Shown: piece by piece, positions 55,729 through 64,000 of the stretch | How the letters are laid out: the number at the start of each line of letters is the position of its first letter | Position numbering within the stretch: the stretch's first letter is position 1 | Assembly: GCA_903892635.1 (NCBI GenBank) | Contig: CAITJH010000044.1 | Span: 2,108 to 66,107, forward strand | DNA from: an uncultured Actinomycetes bacterium | GTDB lineage: Bacteria > Actinomycetota > Actinomycetes > S36-B12 > UBA5976 | Direction of reading: 5' to 3' | Length of the DNA stretch: 64,000 nucleotides | Translations under genes and position numbers: made by a program | Notes under the pieces: model-generated | Database searches by the model: none | Told to the model about the DNA's origin: nothing | The model's input: only the letters and a program-made list of their open reading frames with translations

Positions 55729-57270
55729 GTGTCAGATACCAGTCCAATCCGTGGAAAGCGCAAGGCGGAACCAAAAGAGGTTCCCGCTAGCGCCAGTCAT
55801 TGGACACGTCGACTCGTAGCCTTTGCTTCAATCATGATCATGATCGCCACGGCGATCGGTGGTGGTGCAGTATTCGCACTTAACAATCTGAACAAGAACA
55901 TCGCAACTGTCGACGAAAGCGGACTCAACAACGGCTCCCCTGCACCTTACGTCCCAAGTGACACAAGTGCCACGAACTTCTTGATCATGGGTAGTGACAC
56001 CCGAGTTGGACAAGGCTCTGGGTTTGGCAACGTCGGCGGCGCTCGATCAGACACTGCACTATTGGTCCACGTCTACGACGGCCGCAAAAAAGCCATTGTC
56101 GTATCGATTCCTCGAGATTCATTCGTCACTATTCCACAGTGCACAAGTAATAGCGGCGGACTCATTGGGCCTTGGCAAACCAAGTTCAACGCGGCCTTTG
56201 CCTTTGGCGGGCCTGTCTGCACAATTAAAACCATTCAGAGCACCACTGGAATTAACATCAACGAATTTGTCGTCCTTGACTTCAACGCCTTTAAATCCGT
56301 CGTTGACACTCTTGGTGGCGTGCAAGTGTGTCTCACTACTCCCGTTTACGATCCATACATTCCAGGCCAAGGCGGTAGCGGCCTAAATCTTCCTGCTGGG
56401 TACAGCACTATCACCGGAAAGCAGGCTCTCGCGTTCGTTCGGGCACGCGAAACAATTGGTGACGGAAGCGACTTGGGCCGAATCCAACGTCAACAAGAAT
56501 TCTTGAGTTCAATGATTCGTGGCATGCAAGCGAAACACTTGCTGACAAATCCAGCCCTGATGTACAAGCTGTTGAACGTTGTTACATCATCTCTGACCAC
56601 AAGTAAGAACTTGAGCAACATGAAAGCCCTTGAGGACTTTGCATTGTCAATGTCGAGCCTCAAGCCAGCTAACGTCAATTTTGTGACAACTCCATACACA
56701 TTAATTGGTGATGGAAATGTTCACTGGACCGCGGAAACCGAAAAGTTGTGGAAGGCCATTCGTGACGATGCGCCTTGGCCACCAGTCTCGGCTTCCGCAT
56801 CTGCAAGTGCTTCCGCCAGTGCTTCGGCATCCGCAAGTGATTCTCCCACTGCATCTCCAAGTGCCAGTGCTTCGACAAGTGCACCAGCACTCATCACGCC
56901 ACCGTCTTCAGTTCACGTTATTGTTCTGAACGGTACTAAGTCGACTGGTTTAGCTCGCACTGCTGCGAATCAGTTAGCTAAAGAAGGTTTCATCATTACT
57001 TCGGTTGGAACAGCACCTAAGCAAACAGCGACAACCGAAGTTCAATACAACTCAAAATTTGCTACATCTGCCCAAACGCTTGCTTACTCAGCAAATACCA
57101 CGACAATGACTGTCGACAATAAATTGACCAAGTCACTTGTGCTCGTTGTTGGTTCAGATTGGACTTCTGCGCGCAAGGTTGTTATCGCCACGCCGACGCA
57201 AGATCCTAATTCCGGCACAGTAAATGCTGCTGACAACATCTGCACTCAAGGAAATAACAAGATTAAATAA
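55729..57270 (+). CDS. LytR-CpsA-Psr (LCP) family cell-wall glycopolymer ligase with a C-terminal LytR_C domain
   Basis: 513 aa. It has an N-terminal TM helix and an LCP core (FLIMGSDTR...ARSDTALLVHV...VSIPRDS). An (SA)n linker is followed by a LytR_C-like domain (VIVLNGTKSTGLARTAANQL). Confidence 0.9.
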   Translation: MSDTSPIRGKRKAEPKEVPASASHWTRRLVAFASIMIMIATAIGGGAVFALNNLNKNIATVDESGLNNGSPAPYVPSDTSATNFLIMGSDTRVGQGSGFGNVGGARSDTALLVHVYDGRKKAIVVSIPRDSFVTIPQCTSNSGGLIGPWQTKFNAAFAFGGPVCTIKTIQSTTGININEFVVLDFNAFKSVVDTLGGVQVCLTTPVYDPYIPGQGGSGLNLPAGYSTITGKQALAFVRARETIGDGSDLGRIQRQQEFLSSMIRGMQAKHLLTNPALMYKLLNVVTSSLTTSKNLSNMKALEDFALSMSSLKPANVNFVTTPYTLIGDGNVHWTAETEKLWKAIRDDAPWPPVSASASASASASASASASDSPTASPSASASTSAPALITPPSSVHVIVLNGTKSTGLARTAANQLAKEGFIITSVGTAPKQTATTEVQYNSKFATSAQTLAYSANTTTMTVDNKLTKSLVLVVGSDWTSARKVVIATPTQDPNSGTVNAADNICTQGNNKIK

Positions 57271-58129
57271 TCGGCGGTCTTCCAGCGCGGGTGAGCCGCC
57301 ATACTGTTGACCATTTCATCGAACGACGACCCTGCGGTGTGGTTCGGATACCTTCGATAAAACCTTGCCACCATGCAACATAGTTTTTGCCATTGCGTGC
57401 GCGCAGTGTTGTGATGAGAGTCCATGTCAAAAGATAAAAAGGAACAATCACCCACGGCAAGTTCCGCTTTGCAAGCCACACTCGATTTCGCGCAGTTTGA
57501 TGCCAAAACACTTCATGGCGCATTGGGCTGGTGGCACTATGGTGCGTAATGATGTCTGCCGCGTACCAAGGGGTTTGTCCACCATCCCAAATACGCCAGC
57601 ATAAATCCATGCCTTCGTGAGCATAGAAAAATTCATCAGCCCAACCACCTGCACGTTGCAAAGTTGTGCGAGGCAACAACATTCCAGCACCTTCCCACAA
57701 TGTTGTTCCGATACTTGCTCGCGCAGGATCTCCGGCAATAAGACGCGGAACACATCGCGATGGTGTCTCGCCAGTAACTGGATCAGTAGCGCGCGGCTGG
57801 ATTATTCCGATCTCTGGACGCTCGATCAAAATATCTAACATGCGACTGATGACATCGGGCTGTGGCAAGTAAGCATCGTCATCAAGATAAAAAAGGTAGT
57901 CGCCCGCAACCAAATCAGTTCCGGCGGTACGGCCCCCCGGGATTCCAAGATTTGTCGGCGAGTAGAAAGCTTTCACTCCCGCGGGAAGATCCACTGGATT
58001 CCAAGCATTTCCCACCACGACAACATCTAAATCAATGCCTGTTTGTGCCAAAAGTGAGTCGAGCGCGCGTTGAAATTCTTTTGGCCGCGTACCCATTGTG
58101 ATGATAACTGCGGCAACCGAACGACTCAT
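57263..58129 (-). CDS. Glycosyltransferase family 2 (WbbL-like, linkage-unit type)
   Basis: 288 aa with AAVIITMGTRP and the DxD motif YLDDDA. It neighbours LCP and ManC-like genes, as I recall for actinobacterial wbbL loci. Confidence 0.8.
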   Translation of the reverse strand: MSRSVAAVIITMGTRPKEFQRALDSLLAQTGIDLDVVVVGNAWNPVDLPAGVKAFYSPTNLGIPGGRTAGTDLVAGDYLFYLDDDAYLPQPDVISRMLDILIERPEIGIIQPRATDPVTGETPSRCVPRLIAGDPARASIGTTLWEGAGMLLPRTTLQRAGGWADEFFYAHEGMDLCWRIWDGGQTPWYAADIITHHSATSPMRHEVFWHQTARNRVWLAKRNLPWVIVPFYLLTWTLITTLRARNGKNYVAWWQGFIEGIRTTPQGRRSMKWSTVWRLTRAGRPPII

Positions 58130-58953
58130 TTAAGCCTGCTAGAAGACATGATCGAAATGAAATGCCCAATTAACGTAACGATTGCCAAAGTCAGCATTGC
58201 TAGCAGCGCAATTTGAGTCGCACGTAAATCCCCACGAGAAGCGTCAACAACCGCCGCAACAAGAATGACAAGCGTCATCTCGATGCTGTGGAAGATTCTT
58301 TGGAAAGGAAAAAACCGTGTGAGTTGACGAAGTCTGCGTAAAACTGAACTGGTTGGAGCGCTAACTCCTCGAACATCGTCGAGCTTATTGAGTCCGCTAT
58401 GCGAACGGGCAACGTGAACTGCATCGTTCATAGCTTTATTCCACAAAACGACAACCGATAACAGCGCGCCGTACCAAGGCCACCACGAAACTTGTGAGTG
58501 ACCAAAAATTGAAATTCCACCAGCTGCACGGATTCCTAATGCGATGGGAATCAGACCTTCAACGGTGTAGTGCGCTACTTTGTCGAGAAAAATTCCGGCT
58601 GGCGAAAACTTCTGCTGCCAACGCGCAACTTCCCCATCACTGCAATCCCACACCATCTGATATTGAGCAAGGATCGCTGCGATGGTTGCACCCGGCAGGC
58701 CTTGGATTAACAGCGACAATGCGGCGATTTTGCCAATGGCAATCATTGCGACAGTGACTGTATTAGGCGAAATGTTCAGTAGAACCAGATGTCGAGTTAG
58801 ATATGGAGAGAGCTTTCGCAAATAGACATCATTAAGCCAATGTTCCGAATTTGCGCGGGAAAGAATCTCATCAGGCTGTGTAACCTCACGAATTTGAGCC
58901 ACTGTGGGTTTCGAGGGGCGTTCCTGATTAATCACAATGTCATTATCTCGCAT
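58126..58953 (-). CDS. CDP-alcohol phosphatidyltransferase family membrane protein (variant motif)
   Basis: 275 aa. The signature reads DCSDGEVARWQQKFSPAGIFLDKVAH, which is DG-x2-AR-x8-G-x3-D-x3-H. The last canonical Asp is His. Confidence 0.8.
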   Translation of the reverse strand: MRDNDIVINQERPSKPTVAQIREVTQPDEILSRANSEHWLNDVYLRKLSPYLTRHLVLLNISPNTVTVAMIAIGKIAALSLLIQGLPGATIAAILAQYQMVWDCSDGEVARWQQKFSPAGIFLDKVAHYTVEGLIPIALGIRAAGGISIFGHSQVSWWPWYGALLSVVVLWNKAMNDAVHVARSHSGLNKLDDVRGVSAPTSSVLRRLRQLTRFFPFQRIFHSIEMTLVILVAAVVDASRGDLRATQIALLAMLTLAIVTLIGHFISIMSSSRLK

Positions 58954-58960
58954 GTGATGG

Positions 58961-60814
58961 CTAGTTAGCGGACGTCAACTGCCTAATCCATTGACGCGAC
59001 GCCATAACAACAAAAACTGCAAAGAAATAAATGCCGCCAATAGTCAACGCCACATCAAATGGACTTGCGCCACCGACTGCGAAAAGCACGAAAAGCGCAG
59101 CACGGACTTCGATTCCGAGTCCCAATCGTGAAAGCCGCTCAGGAAATTCGAATCCTGCAAGCGCGCGATACATCGTGTCGTAATGATGAAACGCTACGGC
59201 GAAAAGCCATAGATAACCGATGTGGTGGTACTGGCATACCGCAGCGATAAGCCCGAGCTCGACCGCTCTGAGAATGGATGGAGCTGCCCACCCAAAGCGC
59301 GCTGCTAAGGGGTGAGATCCATCAGCAACAAACCATGACAACAAGAATCCCAAATCCATTTGACGTTCAACGATGTCGCAACCCGAAATTTCTTGTCGAT
59401 GTTTCCAACGACGACTTCGCATTACCCGTCCTACGGTGACGTAAGCCAATCCAAATAATCCGGCGCACCACAGCACGTCAAAGACGAATCGTGGGGATCC
59501 AAGAAGTGCGCCGATTGAAATAATGAGCCAGCGTTCCCCGATCGGTAAATAGATCACGCGTTTCAGCCAATAGATTTCTCTGCGGGAATTCAGAGAAGCA
59601 GAAGTGTCTAGCAATGAACCTGCGCTAGCTGTTCCCCCATCAACGCCCTGTTTGAGGTCGATAGGAACAAGTGCCGACTCTCGCACACCTCGAATGGCAA
59701 CAAAGTTGTAGTCACTCAAGTGACGTACAGTTTGCAAAACAACGAGAGCCATCGCTACTTGCCACAAGTTATGGCCGTGACGAGCTGCGCCAAATGCTAA
59801 CCCTGCATAGATCGCGTATTCCTTTACACGATCTGTCGCAGCATCGAGCCACGCACCAAGCTGCGATGACACTCCGGTGTAACGAGCAACTTCACCATCG
59901 GAACAATCAACGATGATTGATAGTTGAACAAGAATCGCGCCGAGCGCAAGAAGTAAATGATTTCCAGTCATGAATAAAGCGGATGCAACACCAGCGATAC
60001 CCAGAGATGCAACAGTAATTTGATTAGGTGTCCACGATTTCTTGAGCGCTAACTTTGTCACTCGAGCTGATAATTTGCGCAACACAAACGTTGAATAGAA
60101 CCCGTCATTTGAACGAAGCGCACGCGCCATTCGAATCTCTTCGTCGTCTTGTGCATCTGCTCGCACAATCAAGTCGTCGTCGCTTCCCGAAATCCGTTCG
60201 CAAATTCCTGTCGGTTCTAAGGGCGCGACCGGTAGCGCTGCTCGAACCAAAATGGTTGCTAGCAAGTCAGTCATAGGCGTAGCCGCTGTCAACGTGCTCA
60301 CATAAGAACGTGCATCCTCTAACGCAGCTCGGGTTGCCTCACCTGTGCCAACGCGAACCAATCCAGACATTTCATACGTCGGGGCCGATACTCGATGTAC
60401 TCGCGAGGCTGCGCTGAGCACATGTTTATTTGCGACGCGAGCAGCGCGCGTGAAATCGCTTGGGATGCCTTTGCTCACCAAAACTGCATTAGTCGTCCAC
60501 TGGCCGCGAAGCAGTGCATCGATCATGGCTTGGCTCGTCACAAGGCCCGAGTCCACGACAACAACTGCGCCATTAACTTGGTTGGAAATGACCAAGTTCA
60601 AAATCTCTTCAGCAGTGTGTGCGACGTGCACAAAACCGCCAGTCACAGCAATCTGAGCCGTTAAACGGGCTAAAACAGGGTGTTGAACCCGTGCTTGATC
60701 ATCTACGACAACGCATAAGTCCGCGTGATCTGACTGCACGAGAGGTCCCTTTCCCCAGAAAATAGGCGTTATCTTGAAGCCCGATAGAATTGTCCCACGG
60801 TTACTTGGTTCCAC
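58961..60814 (-). CDS. CDP-alcohol phosphatidyltransferase fused to an N-terminal soluble domain and extra C-terminal TM segments
   Basis: 617 aa with the canonical signature DCSDGEVARYTGVSSQLGAWLDAATD in the middle. The N-terminal ~240 aa are soluble and lack a GxGxR nucleotidyltransferase motif. The C-terminal ~200 aa are polytopic. Confidence 0.75.
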   Translation of the reverse strand: MEPSNRGTILSGFKITPIFWGKGPLVQSDHADLCVVVDDQARVQHPVLARLTAQIAVTGGFVHVAHTAEEILNLVISNQVNGAVVVVDSGLVTSQAMIDALLRGQWTTNAVLVSKGIPSDFTRAARVANKHVLSAASRVHRVSAPTYEMSGLVRVGTGEATRAALEDARSYVSTLTAATPMTDLLATILVRAALPVAPLEPTGICERISGSDDDLIVRADAQDDEEIRMARALRSNDGFYSTFVLRKLSARVTKLALKKSWTPNQITVASLGIAGVASALFMTGNHLLLALGAILVQLSIIVDCSDGEVARYTGVSSQLGAWLDAATDRVKEYAIYAGLAFGAARHGHNLWQVAMALVVLQTVRHLSDYNFVAIRGVRESALVPIDLKQGVDGGTASAGSLLDTSASLNSRREIYWLKRVIYLPIGERWLIISIGALLGSPRFVFDVLWCAGLFGLAYVTVGRVMRSRRWKHRQEISGCDIVERQMDLGFLLSWFVADGSHPLAARFGWAAPSILRAVELGLIAAVCQYHHIGYLWLFAVAFHHYDTMYRALAGFEFPERLSRLGLGIEVRAALFVLFAVGGASPFDVALTIGGIYFFAVFVVMASRQWIRQLTSAN

Positions 60815-60820
60815 AAACGC

Positions 60821-62137
60821 TTGGAGTGCCTCGAAGTGAGTCCAAATTCTCTACGGTCCTACGTGCCGCAACCCTTGGCATCGGGAATTGCCACTGTCTT
60901 AGACGCTATCGGGTTACGCGAGAAATACGTACGCGAGCCACACGGCTTTGACCCCAAGCGCGGAATACAGGCAGATGTCGCCGTGTATTACCCAGATAAC
61001 GTTTCTAAGCTCTACCAATTGAGCCAGTGGCTTCCAGTCTTTGAAAACCATCCCGAAGATCTCACCTTTGCATTAGTCGTTCGAAACATTCACACATTCC
61101 GCGAACTTGAAGGCAAGACCACGTTGCCTCTTGCCCATGTTCCTAATTTTTCTGACCTAATGAATCTCTATCGCTTGAGTTCGTTCAAAGCCGTTGTCTA
61201 TGTCAACAATGGAGTTGCAAACTTCCAATCTCTCAATGTGGGTGAACTTGCCCATGTGCACATCAATCATGGCGAGAGCGACAAAATTTGCATGGTGAGC
61301 AATCAAGCAAAGGCTTACGATCGCGTTTTCGTTGCGGGCGAAGCTGCAGTGCAGCGCCATAAAGCAGCCTTGTCAGAATTCAATGAGAAGAATCTTGTAC
61401 GAATTGGTCGTCCACAACTTGATCAACATCCGCAAGCAAGCTTGCCCGAATCAGATCGCACCACGATTTTGTATGCGCCAACGTGGGCCGGTGAAGACGA
61501 AGCCAACAACTACACATCAATGGAATTCATGGGCTCAGCAATTATTGACGCTGCGCTCGCCCAGCCGCATTCGCGAGTGGTCTACAAGCCACATCCACGG
61601 ATTATTGACTCAAACGATGATCGTATTCAAAAGAATCACAAACACATTGTTGCTTCCATCAAGGCTGCCAATGCCAAAGATCCACAAGCAGGACATGAAG
61701 TTCGAGAGTCCGGAGAAATTCTTGCGCTGTTCCCTAATGTCGATGTTTTGGTTTCTGATGTTTCAAGCGTCGGTCTTGATTTTCTCTACCTTCGACCTGA
61801 AGCTCCGCTCGTACTTACCGATCGTCGCGACAACGTCGATCAACTCCGAATTGATGCACCAATCAGCGTTGCCACTCAAGTGCTGACTAAATCAAACATC
61901 GGCCAAGTCAACGACCTGCTGGCACACGTCATTGAACACGACGATTATGTTGAGGCACGGCGCCAATTGCGCACTTTTTACTTTGATAACGTGCAGACTG
62001 GTCAAAGTAGTGAACGATTTTTCTCTGCACTGAGATCGACAATTGAGCAGCACTCTGCGGATCTGGCTCGTGCCAGATCGCTCGCTGCTACAGGTACTGG
62101 ACCACACATTACGCGCACGGAAGACGGGCAACATTAA
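60821..62137 (+). CDS. CDP-glycerol/ribitol glycerophosphotransferase family protein (TagB/TagF-like)
   Basis: 438 aa with HINHGESDK and ILYAPTWAGE motifs typical of TagF-family polymerases and primases. The start codon is uncertain (TTG 60821 or GTG 60836). Confidence 0.8.
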   Translation: MECLEVSPNSLRSYVPQPLASGIATVLDAIGLREKYVREPHGFDPKRGIQADVAVYYPDNVSKLYQLSQWLPVFENHPEDLTFALVVRNIHTFRELEGKTTLPLAHVPNFSDLMNLYRLSSFKAVVYVNNGVANFQSLNVGELAHVHINHGESDKICMVSNQAKAYDRVFVAGEAAVQRHKAALSEFNEKNLVRIGRPQLDQHPQASLPESDRTTILYAPTWAGEDEANNYTSMEFMGSAIIDAALAQPHSRVVYKPHPRIIDSNDDRIQKNHKHIVASIKAANAKDPQAGHEVRESGEILALFPNVDVLVSDVSSVGLDFLYLRPEAPLVLTDRRDNVDQLRIDAPISVATQVLTKSNIGQVNDLLAHVIEHDDYVEARRQLRTFYFDNVQTGQSSERFFSALRSTIEQHSADLARARSLAATGTGPHITRTEDGQH

Positions 62138-62830
62138 ATGGCACCTCAAGTAACAATTCTTGCCGCCGGCATGGGAACACGACTTGGTCGTCCATTTCCA
62201 AAGCCGCTAACCCAATTGCGTGATGGTCGAAGCATTTTGCAGCAACAACTTGATAATGTTCACGAGGCTTTCGGTCCAGACGTGCGCGTGCAAATCGTTG
62301 TTGGCTTCAAACTCGATTTGATTATGGAAGCAGCACCTTCTGCAGTCTTTGTTTACAACGAAAGTTACGACCAAACCAACACCAATAAGAGTTTGCTCAA
62401 GGCGCTTCGTGCATCACACGATGGACCTGTTCTGTGGATGAACGGCGATGTTGTATTCGATTCCGCGATCTTGGAGCGTCTCAAGCCTTTTATTGATGCT
62501 GGCAAGACTGTGATCAGCGTCAATACCGCGGCAGTGTCGGATGAAGAAGTGAAATACACCGTTGATGAACAAGGAATGGTCAAAGAACTCAGCAAGACAG
62601 TTGTCGGTGGACTTGGCGAAGCCGTTGGCATCAATGTGATTGCAGGCGCTGACAAAGCGGCACTTATCAAACGTCTTGATGAATGTGACGAACAGGATTA
62701 CTTCGAACGCGGAATCGAACTAGCCATCGAACATGACAACCTAAAAGTTGTTCCCGTCGACATCAGCGATCTGTTTGCCGTCGAAATCGATTTTGAAGCA
62801 GACTTGGAACGAGCAAACGAACGCCCATGA
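62138..62830 (+). CDS. NTP transferase domain protein (LicC-like cytidylyltransferase)
   Basis: 230 aa with the N-terminal ILAAGMGTRLGRPFPKPL motif. It is short and single-domain. The substrate is unknown. Confidence 0.8.
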   Translation: MAPQVTILAAGMGTRLGRPFPKPLTQLRDGRSILQQQLDNVHEAFGPDVRVQIVVGFKLDLIMEAAPSAVFVYNESYDQTNTNKSLLKALRASHDGPVLWMNGDVVFDSAILERLKPFIDAGKTVISVNTAAVSDEEVKYTVDEQGMVKELSKTVVGGLGEAVGINVIAGADKAALIKRLDECDEQDYFERGIELAIEHDNLKVVPVDISDLFAVEIDFEADLERANERP

Positions 62831-63681
62831 CCACATCAAGCAATGCTGAGATTATCGAGCAGTTCGGCCTCGTCAGCGTCAGTAAGACACCGCCGCTTCG
62901 CGAGTATCTCAAAGACACTTGGCAGCGCATCGACTTCATTAAAGAACTCGCAAACGCGCGCAGCACCCAACAATATTCAGATAGTTTGCTTGGCCGACTG
63001 TGGCAGCTTGTTACTCCGCTTCTTAATGCTGGGATTTACTTCCTGATCTTTGGCGTATTGCTGGGAACTCGAAAAGGTATTGAAAACTACCCAGCGTTTC
63101 TTGTCGCTGGAGTTTTCGCATTCAACTTCATGCAGACAACTATCACTGCATCAGCAAGTTGTATTCCCAAGAACGACAAACTGGTCAAGGCTATTCATTT
63201 TCCGAAGCTAGTGCTGCCACTAGCTACTGCTCTTAATGCAGTACAACAATATGTCATTAGCCTTGCAGTATTGATGGTGATCGCACTTGCCACAGGCGAA
63301 CCACTGACATTGATGTGGCTGGCACTTCCAGCCGCGCTTTTGTTGCAAGCAGTATTCATTGCTGGTGTTTGCCTTGTTGTTGCACGATGGGGTGCTCGAT
63401 CAAAAGACATCACACAGTTATTACCGTTTTTTTTGCGCACGTGGCGATATGTATCAGGTGTTTTCTTCAGCATTACAGTCTTTACTTCTAAGTTCTCTCA
63501 CTGGATTGGCGTGGCACTGAAATACAATCCTGGTGCCGTCTACATCGATTTGATTCGCGACTGTGTGATGAACACTGTGACTGTGAGTTACTACGTGTGG
63601 ATTGCTGGAGTTTTTTGGGCAGTTCTTCTATTGAGTTTCGGACTTGTTTACTTCTACCGAGGAGAGCGCACATATGTCTAG
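62827..63681 (+). CDS. ABC-2 type polysaccharide/teichoic-acid export permease (TagG-like)
   Basis: 284 aa with 6 TM helices and an ABC-2 pattern. It is translationally coupled to the flanking genes. Confidence 0.85.
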   Translation: MTTSSNAEIIEQFGLVSVSKTPPLREYLKDTWQRIDFIKELANARSTQQYSDSLLGRLWQLVTPLLNAGIYFLIFGVLLGTRKGIENYPAFLVAGVFAFNFMQTTITASASCIPKNDKLVKAIHFPKLVLPLATALNAVQQYVISLAVLMVIALATGEPLTLMWLALPAALLLQAVFIAGVCLVVARWGARSKDITQLLPFFLRTWRYVSGVFFSITVFTSKFSHWIGVALKYNPGAVYIDLIRDCVMNTVTVSYYVWIAGVFWAVLLLSFGLVYFYRGERTYV

Positions 63682-64000
63682 GCCAACAGTCGTCATTGAC
63701 GATGTGCACATCCACTACCGCGTAGTTCTTGGAGCCGGTATCGGCTCTGCTGCCGGTGCCTTGCGCAGCATGGTCAGTGGAAGCAAGCCCTCGCAAGTAG
63801 TCAAGAAAGTTCACGCAGTTAAAGGCGTCTCGCTCGTTGCTTACGAAGGTGACATCATCGGGCTTGTTGGCCGAAATGGCTCAGGAAAATCAAGTTTGCT
63901 TCGTTCCATCGCCGGATTGCAGCAGCCAAGCCAAGGCGATGTATATACATCGAGCCGCGCATCTCTATTGGGTGTGGGCGCAGCATTAAATAAATCCATC
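63674..64000 (+). CDS. ABC transporter ATP-binding protein (TagH-like), N-terminal fragment
   Basis: My translation from ATG 63674 reads MSRPTVVIDDVHIHYRVV...GLVGRNGSGKSSLLRSIAGL, which includes the Walker A motif. It overlaps the permease stop and runs off the window. Confidence 0.85.
   Translation, partial: MSRPTVVIDDVHIHYRVVLGAGIGSAAGALRSMVSGSKPSQVVKKVHAVKGVSLVAYEGDIIGLVGRNGSGKSSLLRSIAGLQQPSQGDVYTSSRASLLGVGAALNKSI

Noticed and set aside
56780-56890. Repetitive GCx/TCx DNA encoding SASASASASASASAS in the LCP gene, considered as a possible tandem repeat or CRISPR-like array.
   Set aside because: It is in frame within the LCP ORF and codon-degenerate. It encodes a flexible Ser/Ala linker between the LCP and LytR_C domains, so it is not an independent repeat element.

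Overview
This 64-kb window comes from a compact actinobacterial chromosome of roughly 50% GC. Gene content matches the conserved actinobacterial housekeeping block mfd-pth-rplY-prs-glmU / ispE-rsmA-rpf-tatD-metG-rsmI-pmt. A streamlined Microbacteriaceae-like host is my inference, not a demonstrated fact. I support about 65 CDS and two tRNAs (Gln-TTG, Lys-TTT). I saw no rRNA, CRISPR array, IS element, transposase, integrase or recognisable defence gene.

Layout:
- 1-16.7 kb: housekeeping block, with TetR and MarR regulators and an OafA-like O-acetyltransferase inserted.
- 16.7-19.1 kb: copA-copZ copper module.
- 19.2-24.7 kb: conserved cluster GlpR-like membrane protein / RimJ-like GNAT / MoeA-like protein / galU / MTHFS / crcB x2 / FmdB zinc ribbon / SAF protein.
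- 25-36.6 kb: mixed metabolism (CAX antiporter, Sua5, DUF445, mog-moaC, YceI, DapA-family, malic enzyme, SDR, ADH, BI-1).
- 36.6-49.4 kb: AT-rich accessory island ending at the 3' end of tRNA-Lys. It carries a 970-aa GT2-GT4-acetyltransferase fusion, a cysteine hydrolase, a GH42 beta-galactosidase, a sugar ABC importer without an ATPase, DeoR and galT-galK-galM.
- 51.9-64 kb: cell-wall glycopolymer cluster (ManC-like, amidase, LCP ligase, WbbL-like GT2, two CDP-alcohol phosphotransferases, TagF-like, LicC-like, TagG/TagH-like ABC exporter).

The most unusual observations are:
- the orphan tri-domain glycosyltransferase and its island;
- a MoeA/gephyrin-like protein that lacks domain II;
- an RpfB-locus protein with a different lytic domain;
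- a CDP-alcohol transferase pair, one with a D-to-H change in the signature motif and one fused to a degenerate N-terminal domain;
- pervasive stop-stop overlaps of convergent genes.

I found no convincing evidence of a wholly new multi-gene system such as a defence system, so interest scores are modest.
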